Source: Escherichia coli (GTDB lineage: Bacteria; Pseudomonadota; Gammaproteobacteria; Enterobacterales; Enterobacteriaceae). From it: a stretch of 64,000 bases of DNA. Below, in pieces: positions 11,555 to 23,854 of this stretch (position 1 is its first letter; every line of letters starts with the position of its first letter). The notes under the pieces are model-generated. The model was given only the letters and a program-made list of their open reading frames with translations. It did no database searches and had not been told where the DNA came from. Position numbers and translations under genes: made by a program. Where the stretch lies: NCBI RefSeq assembly GCF_044647545.1, contig NZ_CP172818.1; one strand, given 5' to 3'.

Positions 11555-12747
11555 CAGATTTCCCCTCGTGCTTTCAAAATATCGTGAACGGTGAAGATGT
11601 CTTTATCGCCGCGACCGGAAAGGTTAACCACCAGTAGCTGCTCTTTTTCCGGATTTTCGCGCATCATTTTCAGCGCATGGGCCAGGGCGTGGGAGGATTC
11701 CAGCGCCGGGATGATCCCTTCATGCAGGCAAAGCGTTTTGAAGGCTTCCAGTGCTTCATCATCGGTAATTGACACGTAATCAGCGCGTCCAGTGCTGTTA
11801 AGATACGCGTGTTGCGGGCCGACAGACGGGAAATCCAGTCCGGCAGAAATGGAGTAAGATTCTTCAATCTGCCCGTCTTCGGTTTGCATCATCGGCGCTT
11901 TCATACCGAAATAGATGCCCACGCGACCATGTTTTAACGGTGCGCCGTGCTCGCCGGTTTCGATACCGTGACCGCCAGGCTCCACACCAATCAGGCCGAC
12001 GTTGGTTTCGTTGATGAAATCTGCAAACATGCCGATGGCATTCGAACCGCCGCCAACACAGGCGATAACCGCATCCGGCAGGCGACCTTCTCTTTCCAGA
12101 ATCTGTGCTTTGGTTTCTTCGCCAATCACTCGCTGAAACTCACGGACAATGGTCGGATAAGGATGTGGGCCAGCTGCGGTGCCCAGCATATAGTGCGCGG
12201 TTTCATAACTGCCGGACCAGTCGCGCAGCGCCTCGTTACAGGCATCTTTCAGCGTCGCGGAACCGCTATGTACCGGGATCACTTCCGCACCCATTAAGCG
12301 CATACGAAAAACGTTTGGCGACTGGCGTTCAACGTCTTTGGCACCCATATAAATACGGCATTTCAGGCCGAGCAGGGCGCTGGCAAGGGCCGACGCCACG
12401 CCATGCTGACCGGCTCCGGTTTCGGCGATGATTTCCGTTTTACCCATCCGCTTCGCCAGCAACGCCTGTCCCAGCACCTGGTTAGTTTTATGCGCGCCGC
12501 CGTGCAGCAAATCTTCGCGCTTCAGATACAGCGTGGTGTTCGTCCCGGCTGTAATGTTCTGGCATTTGGTCAGCGCGGTTGGACGCCCGGCATAGTTTTT
12601 CAGCAGGTCGTTGAACTGAGCCTGAAATTCAGGATCTTTTTGCGCACTGACAAAAGCTTCTTCCAGCTGGCGCAGAGCAGGCATCAGGATTTGTGGCACG
12701 TACATGCCGCCAAACTCACCAAAATAGGGGTTAAGTAATGTTGTCAT
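11554..12747 (-). CDS. trpB: Tryptophan synthase beta subunit
   Basis: 397-aa [22 protein letters not shown]..., PLP-dependent fold. Confidence 0.97.
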
Positions 12748-12758
12748 TGTTCCTTTCC

Positions 12759-14117
12759 TTAATATGCGCGCAGCGTCTGGAAAACCGAGGCCAAAAGACG
12801 TGCGTCTTTGATGCCCGGTTGCGACTCTACAGCAGAATTAAAATCAAGTCCGGCGCAGCCGGTTTGTGCCGCTTCCACGCAGTTATCTGCGCCTAAGCCC
12901 CCCGCCAGCAGAACGTTGCCAAGCGATTGACCGTTTAACAGTGACCAGTCGAAACGTTGTCCGCTCCCGCCCTGACCGTTGTCGAATACATATTTATCGA
13001 TGTGCTGAAAATCGCGCGCGGGAAGAGTTTCACCGACACTTAAAGCCTTCCAGATGGCGACGTGTGCTGGCAGAGCCTCACGCAGAGTGTCGATATACAG
13101 CTGATCTTCATTACCATGCAGTTGCACTGCCGCCAGCGATAACACCTTAGCTTTGTCCACCACATCGGCAATATCGTGATTGCGGAACACGCCAACATAC
13201 TGCAACGGTGCCGCAGCCATCACTTCCTGCGCCTGTTCAACGTTGACGCAACGCGGTGATGTCGCAACAAAAATCAACCCACCGTAAATCGCGCCCGCGT
13301 CATAAGCTGCTTTAGCATCTTGCCCACGCGTCAGGCCACACACTTTATTCTCACCCAGCAACACCCGGCGCACGGCGGCGTTCAAATCGTCATGGGCCAT
13401 CAACGCCGAACCAATCAGAAAACCGTTAGCGAAGTGGCTTAACTCGCGCACCTGGGCGTAAGTATTGATGCCGGATTCGCTGATTACCGTCACGTTGTGC
13501 CCAAGCTTCGGCGCAAGCTCGCGGGTACGGTTGAGATCAATCGACAAATCACGCAGATCGCGGTTGTTGATGCCAACGACCTTTGCCCCCAATGCAATGG
13601 CGCGCTCCAGTTCCTCTTCATTACTGACTTCAGTCAGCACACCCATCTCCAGACTGTGGGCGACAGCAGCAAGCTGGCGATATTGTTCGTCATCCAGTAC
13701 TGAAAGCATTAATAAACAGGCATCAGCCTGGTAATAGCGCGCCAGATAGATCTGGTAAGGATCGATAATGAAGTCTTTACATAAAATCGGCTGCGGGGCG
13801 ATTTGGCTGACGATAGGGAGGAAATCAAAGCTCCCCTGAAAATATTTCTCATCAGTCAGCACTGAAATTGCCGAAGCGTAATGTTTATAAATGGCAGCAA
13901 TGCGTGCCGGATCGAAATCATCACGGATCACGCCTTTTGACGGCGACGCTTTTTTGCACTCCAGAATAAACGCCGTGCGTGCACCCTGTAGCGCATCATA
14001 AAAATGTCGCGTGCTCGGCTGAATCTCATTCTGAAAACTGGCCAGCGGTTGCTGCTGTTTGCGGGCTTCTACCCAAATCGCCTTGTCTGCGACGATTTTC
14101 GCTAAAACGGTTTGCAT
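12759..14117 (-). CDS. trpC: Bifunctional indole-3-glycerol-phosphate synthase / phosphoribosylanthranilate isomerase
   Basis: 452-aa ORF (start may be one Met further upstream) matching TrpC. Confidence 0.95.
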   Translation of the reverse strand: MQTVLAKIVADKAIWVEARKQQQPLASFQNEIQPSTRHFYDALQGARTAFILECKKASPSKGVIRDDFDPARIAAIYKHYASAISVLTDEKYFQGSFDFLPIVSQIAPQPILCKDFIIDPYQIYLARYYQADACLLMLSVLDDEQYRQLAAVAHSLEMGVLTEVSNEEELERAIALGAKVVGINNRDLRDLSIDLNRTRELAPKLGHNVTVISESGINTYAQVRELSHFANGFLIGSALMAHDDLNAAVRRVLLGENKVCGLTRGQDAKAAYDAGAIYGGLIFVATSPRCVNVEQAQEVMAAAPLQYVGVFRNHDIADVVDKAKVLSLAAVQLHGNEDQLYIDTLREALPAHVAIWKALSVGETLPARDFQHIDKYVFDNGQGGSGQRFDWSLLNGQSLGNVLLAGGLGADNCVEAAQTGCAGLDFNSAVESQPGIKDARLLASVFQTLRAY

Positions 14118-14120
14118 TAT

Positions 14121-15716
14121 TTACCCTCGTGCCGCCAGTGCGGTGACTCTGTCGTAAGCGGAACCACTGCGCAGTACCTCAAGAACGGTTTGCGCATTGG
14201 CTTGCAGATCTTCATGGCCATGCAGGCGCATTAACATGGCGACATTCGCCGCGACGGCTGCTTCGTGAGCGGCGTCGCCTTTACCTTGTAACAAGCGTGT
14301 TAAAATGTCACGGTTTTCTTCCGGTGTTCCGCCTGCCAGTTGCTCCTGGTGGTAGGGTGTCAGGCCAAAATCTTCAGCGGTCAATTGATAGCTCTTAATT
14401 TCGCCGTCATGCAGTTCGGCAACGATTGTCGGCGCGTGTAATGAAACTTCATCCATCCCGCCGCTGTGCACCACCGCCGCGCGTTGATACCCCAGCACGC
14501 GCAAGGTTTCGGCAATCGGCAGCACCAGTTCCGGACTATAAACACCAATTAGCGCCAGCGGCGGATGCGCCGGGTTAATCAATGGCCCCAGCACATTGAA
14601 CAGAGTGCGGGTTTTCAGTTGCTGGCGAACCGGCATCGCATGGCGGAATCCGGTGTGATATTTCGGCGCAAAGAGGAAACAGACGCCTAACTCATCCAGC
14701 GCCTGGCGCGATTTATCGGCGTTCATATCAAGATTAATACCGAACGCCGCCAGCAGATCCGACGAGCCGGATTTACTGGAGACGCTACGGTTGCCGTGTT
14801 TCGCCACTTTCAGCCCACAGGCCGCGGCGACAAACGCACTGGCGGTAGAAATATTGATGCTGTTACTGCCGTCACCGCCGGTGCCGACGATATCGGCAAA
14901 CAGATAATCAGGGCGTGGGAACGGCGCGGCGTTTTCCAGTAGCGCGGTTGCTGCCCCGGCGATCTCGTTCGGGTGCTCACCGCGAATTTTCATGCTCACC
15001 AGCGCCGCCGCCAGTTGTTCCGGCTTCAGCTCGCCACGTACCACCGCTGAAAACAGCTGGTGGCTTTCTTGTTGGCTAAGCGTCTGTGCCTGATACAGTT
15101 TTTCCAGAATCGGTTGCAGCGTGTTGGTTGGCTCTAGTTTCTGCTGCGCCCAGGCCAGCGTTTGTTCCAGCAGGCGAGCGCCCTGGGTAGTAAGAATGGA
15201 TTCCGGATGGAACTGGAATCCACAAACGCGATCCGCATCATGACGCACCGCCATCACCATGCCATTAAAATGGGCGTTGATGGTTAAACCGGCCGGAATA
15301 TTACTGCCAACCAGCGAGTGATAACGCGCCACTGGCAGCGGGTTTGTTAATCCGGCAAACATCGCCTGACCGTCATGTTCAATGCTCGACGCTTTACCGT
15401 GAAGAATTTCGCCCGCCTGACCGACATAGCCCCCGTAAGCTTCGACAATCGCCTGATGACCGAGGCAAATGCCAATAATTGGCAGCTTGCCGCGCAGGCG
15501 GGTGAGGAGTTCCGGCATACAACCGGCTTCGCTCGGCACACCGGGGCCAGGAGAGAGCATCAGCACCGGATTGCTCATCGTCGCCAGGCGTTCAATTAAG
15601 GTCTGCGCCGGAATATGGTTGCGGTAAATCACCACGTTATGCCCATTGCTGCGCAACTGATCTGCCAGGTTGTAAGTAAAAGAATCGATATTATCGAGTA
15701 GCAGAATGTCAGCCAT
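14121..15716 (-). CDS. trpD: Anthranilate synthase component II / anthranilate phosphoribosyltransferase (bifunctional)
   Basis: 531-aa ORF: N-terminal glutamine amidotransferase domain, C-terminal PRT domain. Confidence 0.97.
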   Translation of the reverse strand: MADILLLDNIDSFTYNLADQLRSNGHNVVIYRNHIPAQTLIERLATMSNPVLMLSPGPGVPSEAGCMPELLTRLRGKLPIIGICLGHQAIVEAYGGYVGQAGEILHGKASSIEHDGQAMFAGLTNPLPVARYHSLVGSNIPAGLTINAHFNGMVMAVRHDADRVCGFQFHPESILTTQGARLLEQTLAWAQQKLEPTNTLQPILEKLYQAQTLSQQESHQLFSAVVRGELKPEQLAAALVSMKIRGEHPNEIAGAATALLENAAPFPRPDYLFADIVGTGGDGSNSINISTASAFVAAACGLKVAKHGNRSVSSKSGSSDLLAAFGINLDMNADKSRQALDELGVCFLFAPKYHTGFRHAMPVRQQLKTRTLFNVLGPLINPAHPPLALIGVYSPELVLPIAETLRVLGYQRAAVVHSGGMDEVSLHAPTIVAELHDGEIKSYQLTAEDFGLTPYHQEQLAGGTPEENRDILTRLLQGKGDAAHEAAVAANVAMLMRLHGHEDLQANAQTVLEVLRSGSAYDRVTALAARG

Positions 15717-17278
15717 CAGAAAGTCTCCTGTGCATGATGCGCGGTGGCAATAGCGCGCAGTACAGCGCGGGCTTTATTACGGGTTTCGTCGGCTTCCGAC
15801 TGCGGAACAGAATCAAGGACTACGCCAGCACCGGCTTGCACGGTGGCGATACCGTTTTCCACGAGCGCCGAGCGGATCACAATGCAGGTGTCGAGATCGC
15901 CATTTGCGGTGAAATAACCTACCGCGCCGCCGTAGCTGCCGCGGCGACGACCTTCTGCTTCGGCAATTAACTGCATAGCGCGTACTTTCGGCGCACCGCT
16001 TAACGTCCCCATATTCATACAGGCGCGGTAAGCGTGCAGGGCGTCGAGATCGTGGCGCAGCTCACCGACAACGCGGGAGACCAGGTGCATCACGTAAGAG
16101 TAACGGTCTACTTTGGTGAGATCGGCGACGTAGCGGCTGCCGGGTGTGCAAATGCGTGCCAGGTCATTACGGGCGAGATCCACCAGCATCAGATGTTCAG
16201 AAAGCTCTTTATGATCGGTACGCATCTCCAGTTCGATGCGGCTGTCGAGGTCTCTGTCCAGTGAACCATCGGCACGACGACCGCGTGGACGTGTTCCGGC
16301 AATCGGGTAAATCTCAATCTGGCGGCTGGTGGCGTCATACTTGAGCGAACTTTCCGGCGACGCGCCAAACAGGGTGAAATCATTATCCTGCATAAAAAAC
16401 ATGTACGGGCTGGGATTACTCTTTTTCAGCACGTAATAGGCCGCCAGCGGTGACGGGCAGGGCAGAGAGAAACGGCGAGATGGCACCACCTGGAAAATTT
16501 CTCCGGCGCGAATCGCTTTTTGCAACGAACGCACTACGCCACCGAACTCTTCATCGCTCTGATTACATTCACAAAGCATATGCGGCACGGAAACTACCGG
16601 CAGCGGTGGCGCGGTTTCGGTCAGTTGCTGGCGAAGTTCGTTCAGGCGAGCAGTGAGACGTTGTTTTTCTTCTTCATTTGGAGTAAACAGGCTGGCCTGA
16701 ATGCGGGTGCTTTTCTTCTGATGGTCAATCACCATCAGCGTTTCAGCGAGATAAAAACAGAAATCAGGGCAGTTATTTTCCGCTGACAATTGCGGTAAAT
16801 CTTCAAATCCCGCCACAATGTCATAAGAGAACAGGCCGCCGAAGAACATTGCTTCTCGTTCTTCCTTCGGTACATTCAACAGATTCTGCAATATGCGGAA
16901 AGCGTCAAAAACCGAAAGGGAGCATAAGCGGGCGTCTTCATCCAGCAATGGACTGACAGGGGGGAAGCGCAGCACGCGGCAGTTTGGTGATTGTTCATTT
17001 TCCACACCCGCAGGCAGGGCGTTATCCAGTAATGCCAGCAGAGCTTCGCCATTGCCGGAAAGTGCCTGAATAGTGACAGTGTCACCTAATGCTGTAATGC
17101 GCAGCGCACTGTCCACTAGCAATAGACTTTTTAAATCATCTTTGCTGTCGATATCTGCGGATTCCAGCAGCAGCGTTGCCGGACGATCCCCACACAACTG
17201 GTGAAAAAGCGCAGTCGGGTTGTCGCGATAAGCGCCTTTGCAAGTTAGCAGTTCGAGAGTCGGTTTTTGTGTTTGCAT
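15716..17278 (-). CDS. trpE: Anthranilate synthase component I
   Basis: 520-aa [16 protein letters not shown]...; stop overlaps trpD start. Confidence 0.97.
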   Translation of the reverse strand: MQTQKPTLELLTCKGAYRDNPTALFHQLCGDRPATLLLESADIDSKDDLKSLLLVDSALRITALGDTVTIQALSGNGEALLALLDNALPAGVENEQSPNCRVLRFPPVSPLLDEDARLCSLSVFDAFRILQNLLNVPKEEREAMFFGGLFSYDIVAGFEDLPQLSAENNCPDFCFYLAETLMVIDHQKKSTRIQASLFTPNEEEKQRLTARLNELRQQLTETAPPLPVVSVPHMLCECNQSDEEFGGVVRSLQKAIRAGEIFQVVPSRRFSLPCPSPLAAYYVLKKSNPSPYMFFMQDNDFTLFGASPESSLKYDATSRQIEIYPIAGTRPRGRRADGSLDRDLDSRIELEMRTDHKELSEHLMLVDLARNDLARICTPGSRYVADLTKVDRYSYVMHLVSRVVGELRHDLDALHAYRACMNMGTLSGAPKVRAMQLIAEAEGRRRGSYGGAVGYFTANGDLDTCIVIRSALVENGIATVQAGAGVVLDSVPQSEADETRNKARAVLRAIATAHHAQETF

Positions 17279-17289
17279 TGTTATTCTCT

Positions 17290-17318
17290 AATTTTGTTCA
17301 AAAAAAAGCCCGCTCATT
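17290..17318 (-). terminator. trp attenuator (3:4 terminator hairpin)
   Basis: Minus-strand AGCCCGCCTAATGAGCGGGCT followed by T8, between trpL and trpE. Confidence 0.9.
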
Positions 17319-17369
17319 AGGCGGGCTGGGTATCTGATTGCTTTACGCATGGTGAATACACTGCCCGTT

Positions 17370-17414
17370 TCAGGAAGTGCGCCACCAACCTTTCAGTACG
17401 AAAATTGCTTTCAT
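17370..17414 (-). CDS. trpL: trp operon leader peptide
   Basis: ATG AAA GCA ATT TTC GTA CTG AAA GGT TGG TGG CGC ACT TCC TGA = [14 protein letters not shown] with the tandem Trp codons. Confidence 0.9.
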
Positions 17415-17439
17415 TGTCGATACCCTTTTTACGTGAACT

Positions 17440-17480
17440 TGCGTACTAGTTAACTAGTTCGGTGATTAATTGTCAACAGC
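17440..17480 (-). promoter_or_regulatory. trp promoter with TrpR operator
   Basis: Minus-strand TTGACA (17471-17476), 17-nt spacer, TTAACT (17448-17453); operator palindrome GTACTAGTTAACTAGTAC overlaps the -10. Confidence 0.85.
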
Positions 17481-17551
17481 TCATTTCAGAATATTTGCCA
17501 GAACCGTTATGATGTCGGCGCAAAAAACATTATCCAGAACGGGAGTGCGCC

Positions 17552-18433
17552 TTGAGCGACACGAATTACGCAGTGATTTACGACCTGCACAGCCATACCA
17601 CAGCTTCCGATGGCTGCCTGACGCCAGAAGCATTGGTGCACCGTGCAGTCGAGATGCGCGTCGGCACCCTGGCGATCACCGACCATGACACCACAGCTGC
17701 AATTGCACCAGCAAGAGAGGAAATTTCACGTTCGGGACTGGCGCTGAATCTTATTCCTGGTGTGGAAATTTCCACGGTCTGGGAAAATCATGAAATTCAT
17801 ATTGTCGGGCTGAATATTGATATTACTCATCCGCTAATGTGTGAGTTCCTCGCGCAGCAGACAGAACGGCGCAATCAGCGGGCGCAGCTGATTGCCGAAA
17901 GACTTGAAAAAGCGCAAATACCTGGGGCACTGGAAGGCGCGCAACGACTGGCGCAGGGCGGTGCGGTGACGCGCGGTCATTTTGCTCGTTTCCTTGTGGA
18001 GTGCGGAAAAGCCAGTTCAATGGCGGATGTCTTTAAAAAGTATCTGGCGCGCGGGAAAACCGGATACGTTCCGCCACAGTGGTGTACAATAGAACAAGCT
18101 ATTGATGTCATTCATCATTCTGGCGGTAAGGCGGTGCTAGCTCATCCTGGGCGGTACAATCTTAGTGCTAAATGGCTGAAAAGATTGGTTGCGCATTTTG
18201 CCGAACACCACGGCGACGCGATGGAAGTCGCGCAGTGCCAGCAATCGCCCAATGAACGCACCCAGCTGGCGACACTTGCGCGTCAGCATCATTTATGGGC
18301 ATCACAAGGATCTGATTTTCATCAGCCATGCCCGTGGATCGAACTGGGTCGTAAACTCTGGCTGCCCGCAGGCGTTGAAGGCGTCTGGCAGCTATGGGAA
18401 CAGCCGCAGAACACCACAGAGAGGGAATTATGA
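17552..18433 (+). CDS. yciV: PHP-domain 5'-3' exoribonuclease (TrpH/YciV, RNase AM)
   Basis: 293-aa ORF with PHP motif HSHTTASDG...ITDHD. Confidence 0.9.
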   Translation: MSDTNYAVIYDLHSHTTASDGCLTPEALVHRAVEMRVGTLAITDHDTTAAIAPAREEISRSGLALNLIPGVEISTVWENHEIHIVGLNIDITHPLMCEFLAQQTERRNQRAQLIAERLEKAQIPGALEGAQRLAQGGAVTRGHFARFLVECGKASSMADVFKKYLARGKTGYVPPQWCTIEQAIDVIHHSGGKAVLAHPGRYNLSAKWLKRLVAHFAEHHGDAMEVAQCQQSPNERTQLATLARQHHLWASQGSDFHQPCPWIELGRKLWLPAGVEGVWQLWEQPQNTTEREL

Positions 18434-19050
18434 GCCAGTTTTTTTATATTCATCCTGATAACCCGCAGCAACGTCTGATCAACCAGGCGGTGGAGATCGT
18501 GCGTAAAGGCGGGGTGATTGTTTATCCAACTGATTCCGGCTATGCGCTCGGCTGTAAAATTGAAGATAAAAACGCGATGGAGCGTATTTGTCGTATTCGC
18601 CAGCTGCCGGACGGTCACAACTTTACCCTGATGTGTCGCGATCTTTCTGAACTCTCGACCTATTCATTTGTCGATAACGTTGCGTTTCGTTTAATGAAAA
18701 ACAACACGCCGGGCAACTATACCTTCATCCTGAAGGGGACGAAGGAAGTGCCACGCCGTCTGTTGCAGGAAAAACGCAAAACCATCGGTATGCGTGTGCC
18801 GTCTAACCCGATTGCGCAGGCGTTGCTTGAAGCACTGGGCGAACCGATGCTTTCCACTTCGCTAATGCTGCCAGGCAGCGAATTTACCGAATCCGATCCC
18901 GAAGAAATTAAAGACCGTCTGGAAAAACAGGTAGATTTGATTATTCACGGCGGCTATCTCGGGCAGAAACCAACAACGGTTATTGATCTTACTGATGATA
19001 CGCCGGTCGTGGTGCGTGAAGGCGTAGGTGATGTGAAGCCTTTCTTATAA
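18430..19050 (+). CDS. yciO: YrdC/Sua5-domain protein YciO
   Basis: Start MSQFFYIHPDNPQ (206 aa); ATG overlaps the yciV TGA (ATGA coupling). Confidence 0.9.
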   Translation: MSQFFYIHPDNPQQRLINQAVEIVRKGGVIVYPTDSGYALGCKIEDKNAMERICRIRQLPDGHNFTLMCRDLSELSTYSFVDNVAFRLMKNNTPGNYTFILKGTKEVPRRLLQEKRKTIGMRVPSNPIAQALLEALGEPMLSTSLMLPGSEFTESDPEEIKDRLEKQVDLIIHGGYLGQKPTTVIDLTDDTPVVVREGVGDVKPFL

Positions 19051-19077
19051 CAAATTGCGTTCCACGGATGGAAGACT

Positions 19078-20967
19078 ATGGCAGGGAAGTTTCGCTGCAT
19101 TTTGCTGTTGATAGCAGGGCTTTTTTTCTCTTCGTTGAGTTATGCGAAAAACACGGAGATCCCTTCTTATGAAGAAGGGATCTCGCTCTTTGATGTTGAA
19201 GCCACTCTGCAACCGGATGGGGTGCTCGACATCAAAGAAAATATTCATTTTCAGGCGCGAAATCAGCAGATTAAGCACGGATTTTATCGTGATTTACCAC
19301 GACTCTGGATGCAGCCTGATGGGGACGCTGCACTGCTGAACTATCATATTGTTGGCGTCACCCGTGATGGTATTCCTGAACCCTGGCATCTTGACTGGCA
19401 TATCGGGTTAATGAGTATTGTCGTGGGCGATAAACAACGTTTCTTGCCTCAAGGCGACTATCATTATCAAATTCATTATCAGGTTAAAAATGCTTTCCTG
19501 CGTGAAGGGGATTCTGATCTGCTAATCTGGAACGTGACCGGTAACCACTGGCCGTTTGAAATTTATAAAACCCTATTTTCACTCAAGTTGCCTGATATTG
19601 CGGGTAATCCATTTAGCGAAATCGATCTCTTTACTGGAGAAGAGGGCGACACATATCGAAATGGCCGCATCCTTGAGGACGGAAGAATTGAATCCCGCGA
19701 TCCGTTTTATCGTGAAGATTTCACGGTACTCTACCGCTGGCCTCACGCTTTACTTAGCAATGCCCCGGCTCCACAAACGACGAATATTTTCAGCCATCTT
19801 CTTTTACCCTCCACGTCATCGTTGTTAATTTGGTTTCCTTGTCTATTCCTGGTTTGTGGATGGTTATATCTCTGGAAGCGCAGGCCGCAATTTACGCCGG
19901 TAGATGTGATTGAAACCGATGTCATTCCGCAAGATTACACACCCGGCATGTTACGTCTCGATGCGAAGCTGGTTTACGACGATAAAGGTTTTTGTGCCGA
20001 TATCGTAAATCTGATTGTGAAAGGAAAAATTCATCTGGAAGATCAGTATGATAAGAACCAGCAAATCCTGATTCGTGTTAATGAAGGCGCGACCAGAAAT
20101 AATGCGGTATTACTGCCCGCAGAGCAGTTATTACTGGAAGCGTTATTTCGTAAAGGCGATAAGGTCGTTCTTACGGGTAGACGCAACAGCGTCTTACGCA
20201 AGGCATTTTTACGGATGCAGAAATTTTATCTGCCGCGTAAAAAGTCTTCGTTTTACCGACCTGATGCGTTTTTGCAATGGGGCGGAATGGCAATATTGGC
20301 GGTCATTCTCTACGGTAACCTGAGTCCCGTAGGCTGGGCAGGAATGAGTCTGGTTGGCGATATGTTTATTATGATCTGCTGGCTTCTTCCTTTCTTATTT
20401 TGTTCCCTTGAGCTTTTGTTTGCCCGCGATGATGACAAGCCTTGCGTTAATCGTGTAATCATCACTTTGTTTTTACCGCTGATTTGTTCAGGCGTGGCCT
20501 TTTACTCTCTCTATATCAATGTCGGAGATGTATTCTTTTACTGGTATATGCCAGCGGGTTATTTTAGCGCTGTTTTCCTGACCGGCTATCTCACTGGCAT
20601 GGGGTATATTTTTCTGCCAAAGTTTACCCAAACTGGGCAGCAAAGTTATGCCCACGGTGAAGCTATCGTTAACTATCTTGCGCGTAAAGAGGCAGCAACA
20701 CACAGTGGGCGTCGGCGGAAAGGGGAAACACGGAAACTGGATTACGCGTTGCTAGGTTGGGCAGTCTCGGCAAACCTTGGCAGAGAATGGGCAGCACGTA
20801 TCACGCCGTCACTCACAGCGGCTGTTCGCGCCCCGGAAATTGCCCGTAGTGGCGTTTTATTCTCATTACAGACGCACCTGAGTTGCGGGGCCTATACCAG
20901 TTTGTTGGGGCGGAGCTATTCCGGTGGTGGTTCTGGCGCTGGTGGCGGAGGCGGTAGTGGCTGGTAA
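19078..20967 (+). CDS. yciQ: DUF2207 family inner membrane protein YciQ
   Basis: 629-aa ORF with signal/TM segments and Gly-rich C-terminus GGGSGAGGGGGSGW. Confidence 0.9.
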   Translation: MAGKFRCILLLIAGLFFSSLSYAKNTEIPSYEEGISLFDVEATLQPDGVLDIKENIHFQARNQQIKHGFYRDLPRLWMQPDGDAALLNYHIVGVTRDGIPEPWHLDWHIGLMSIVVGDKQRFLPQGDYHYQIHYQVKNAFLREGDSDLLIWNVTGNHWPFEIYKTLFSLKLPDIAGNPFSEIDLFTGEEGDTYRNGRILEDGRIESRDPFYREDFTVLYRWPHALLSNAPAPQTTNIFSHLLLPSTSSLLIWFPCLFLVCGWLYLWKRRPQFTPVDVIETDVIPQDYTPGMLRLDAKLVYDDKGFCADIVNLIVKGKIHLEDQYDKNQQILIRVNEGATRNNAVLLPAEQLLLEALFRKGDKVVLTGRRNSVLRKAFLRMQKFYLPRKKSSFYRPDAFLQWGGMAILAVILYGNLSPVGWAGMSLVGDMFIMICWLLPFLFCSLELLFARDDDKPCVNRVIITLFLPLICSGVAFYSLYINVGDVFFYWYMPAGYFSAVFLTGYLTGMGYIFLPKFTQTGQQSYAHGEAIVNYLARKEAATHSGRRRKGETRKLDYALLGWAVSANLGREWAARITPSLTAAVRAPEIARSGVLFSLQTHLSCGAYTSLLGRSYSGGGSGAGGGGGSGW

Positions 20968-21177
20968 TCAAGCTGATATTAATCGAAACAAGCTTTAACC
21001 ATAAAGATAGTGTAGTATGTTGCGCCTCAAAGCCAGGCCGATAAACGTCGAGTCGTTTACTTAAGGCCTGAAGAGTTCAAACAGACTTTACTATCAGTGA
21101 GTCAGATGTAAGTTCTGACTCACTGTTGCACAAAAGCATATCAGACGCCTGGGAAGGCGACACCAAAAGGAAGCTCT

Positions 21178-22053
21178 ATGAGCGAAAAGCTACAGAAAGT
21201 GCTGGCGCGTGCCGGCCACGGCTCTCGCCGTGAAATCGAATCTATTATTGAAGCCGGTCGTGTGAGTGTTGATGGCAAAATTGCTAAACTCGGCGATCGC
21301 GTTGAAGTTACCCCTGGATTGAAAATCCGTATCGATGGTCACCTGATTTCGGTACGTGAGTCCGCTGAACAAATTTGTCGCGTTCTGGCCTATTACAAAC
21401 CGGAAGGTGAGTTGTGTACCCGTAACGATCCGGAAGGACGTCCAACGGTGTTTGACCGTCTGCCAAAACTGCGTGGCGCACGCTGGATTGCCGTGGGTCG
21501 CCTGGACGTTAACACCTGTGGTCTGCTGCTGTTCACCACCGATGGTGAACTGGCAAACCGTTTAATGCACCCAAGCCGTGAAGTTGAACGTGAATATGCC
21601 GTGCGTGTATTTGGTCAGGTTGACGACGCGAAACTGCGTGATTTGAGTCGTGGCGTGCAGTTGGAAGATGGTCCGGCAGCCTTTAAAACCATCAAGTTCA
21701 GCGGCGGCGAAGGGATCAACCAGTGGTACAACGTTACTCTGACCGAAGGCCGTAACCGTGAAGTTCGTCGTCTTTGGGAAGCGGTTGGTGTGCAGGTGAG
21801 CCGCCTGATCCGTGTTCGTTACGGTGATATCCCACTGCCAAAAGGTCTGCCACGCGGTGGCTGGACGGAGCTGGACCTCGCCCAGACTAACTATCTGCGC
21901 GAACTGGTGGAGCTACCGCCAGAAACCAGCTCTAAAGTCGCTGTAGAAAAAGACCGTCGTCGCATGAAGGCGAATCAGATTCGTCGTGCGGTGAAACGTC
22001 ACAGTCAGGTGAGCGGCGGTCGTCGTTCTGGCGGACGTAATAATAACGGTTAA
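21178..22053 (+). CDS. rluB: 23S rRNA pseudouridine(2605) synthase
   Basis: 291-aa ORF with S4 domain and RsuA-family catalytic region, basic C-terminal tail. Confidence 0.93.
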
Positions 22054-22466
<413 letters not shown>

Positions 22467-22508
22467 TGCGGATAATGACATGGAATATCCGGCATTATAT
22501 TTACAGCA

Positions 22509-23099
22509 TTAATAATCAATCCCTATTTGCGCCTTAACACCGGCATCAAACGCATGTTTGATGGGGCGCAGCTCACTTACCGTATCCGCCAGTTCGAGTA
22601 TATCCCGATGACAACCACGACCCGTGATAATCACCGTTTGTTGATGTGGACGTTCATTTAACGCCTGCACCACTTCTTCCAGTGGCAAATAGTCATACGC
22701 CACCATATAAGTCAGCTCATCGAGCAAAACCATATCCAGTGAAGGATCGGCCAGCATTCGTTTGGCATGTTGCCAGACTTCACGGCAGGCCGCAGTATCA
22801 GATTCGCGATTTTGTGTATCCCAGGTAAAGCCCGTTGCCATCACCTGAAACTCAACGCCATGTGGCTCCAGTAGATTGCGCTCGCCATTAGGCCAGGTGC
22901 CTTTAATAAACTGCACGACGCCCACTTTTTTGCCATGGCCTACTGCACGAGTTGCCGTACCAAATGCCGCGGTGGTTTTGCCTTTTCCATTGCCGGTAAA
23001 GACGATGATAATACCGCGTTCATCCTGGGCCTGGGCCACACGAGCATCGACTTTTTCTTTCACTCGCTGCTGACGCTGTTGGTAGCGTTCATCACTCAT
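22509..23099 (-). CDS. btuR: Cob(I)yrinic acid a,c-diamide adenosyltransferase
   Basis: 196-aa ORF with P-loop GNGKGKTTAAFG; matches BtuR/CobO. Confidence 0.93.
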   Translation of the reverse strand: MSDERYQQRQQRVKEKVDARVAQAQDERGIIIVFTGNGKGKTTAAFGTATRAVGHGKKVGVVQFIKGTWPNGERNLLEPHGVEFQVMATGFTWDTQNRESDTAACREVWQHAKRMLADPSLDMVLLDELTYMVAYDYLPLEEVVQALNERPHQQTVIITGRGCHRDILELADTVSELRPIKHAFDAGVKAQIGIDY

Positions 23100-23854
23100 T
23101 GGGAAATTCCTGGTTTACGGCCCGGTTGGGCGTCAAAGGTCATGCCGGTTTTACGGCGGCTGTCATCGCCCATCAGCCAGAGGTAGAGCGGCATGATATC
23201 AGCGGGTGTTTTAAGTTTCTGTGGATCTTCGGTCGGGAAGGCGCTGGCACGCATTGCGGTGCGCGTACCGCCTGGGTTAATGCAGTTGACGCGCAGGCGC
23301 TGCTGATATTCATCGGCCAGTACCTGCATCATCCCTTCGGTGGCAAATTTCGACGCTGCATATGCGCCCCAGTTGGCTCGTCCCTGACGTCCAACGCTTG
23401 ATGAAGTAAAGACCAGTGAACCGGCGTCCGATTTGAGTAATAAAGGAAGCAGTGCCTGGGTGAGCATAAAGGTGGCATTAACGTTGACCTGCATGACGTC
23501 CTGCCAGACCTGCGGATTTTGTTCGCTCATTGGGCAAACATCGCCGAGCAATCCGGCATTATGCAAAACACCATCCAGACGCGGATAATTAACGGCAATG
23601 CGCTGTGCCAGTTGTTGGCAATCTTCGGACGTGCAGGTCAGCAAATCGAGAATAAACCACTGTGGCTGACGCCCAGTTTCTTCGTTTATGTGGCTGGCTA
23701 CCTGACGTAATTTTTCTTCATTACGGCCCAACAGAATCACTGTCGCACCATAGCGTGCATACGTCATCGCGGCTTCACGACCAATACCATCACTGGCTCC
23801 CGTCACCAGGATAATGCGATCATTGAGTAAATCTTGTTTTGGCTGGTAATGCAT
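23096..23854 (-). CDS. yciK: Short-chain dehydrogenase/reductase YciK
   Basis: 252-aa ORF with Rossmann motif TGASDGIG; stop overlaps btuR start. Confidence 0.9.
   Translation of the reverse strand: MHYQPKQDLLNDRIILVTGASDGIGREAAMTYARYGATVILLGRNEEKLRQVASHINEETGRQPQWFILDLLTCTSEDCQQLAQRIAVNYPRLDGVLHNAGLLGDVCPMSEQNPQVWQDVMQVNVNATFMLTQALLPLLLKSDAGSLVFTSSSVGRQGRANWGAYAASKFATEGMMQVLADEYQQRLRVNCINPGGTRTAMRASAFPTEDPQKLKTPADIMPLYLWLMGDDSRRKTGMTFDAQPGRKPGISQ

Noticed and set aside
20920-20967. Gly-rich C-terminal tail of YciQ (GGGSGAGGGGGSGW) as possible low-complexity insertion
   Set aside because: In-frame native-looking terminus of a conserved membrane protein; no frame disruption or flanking anomaly.
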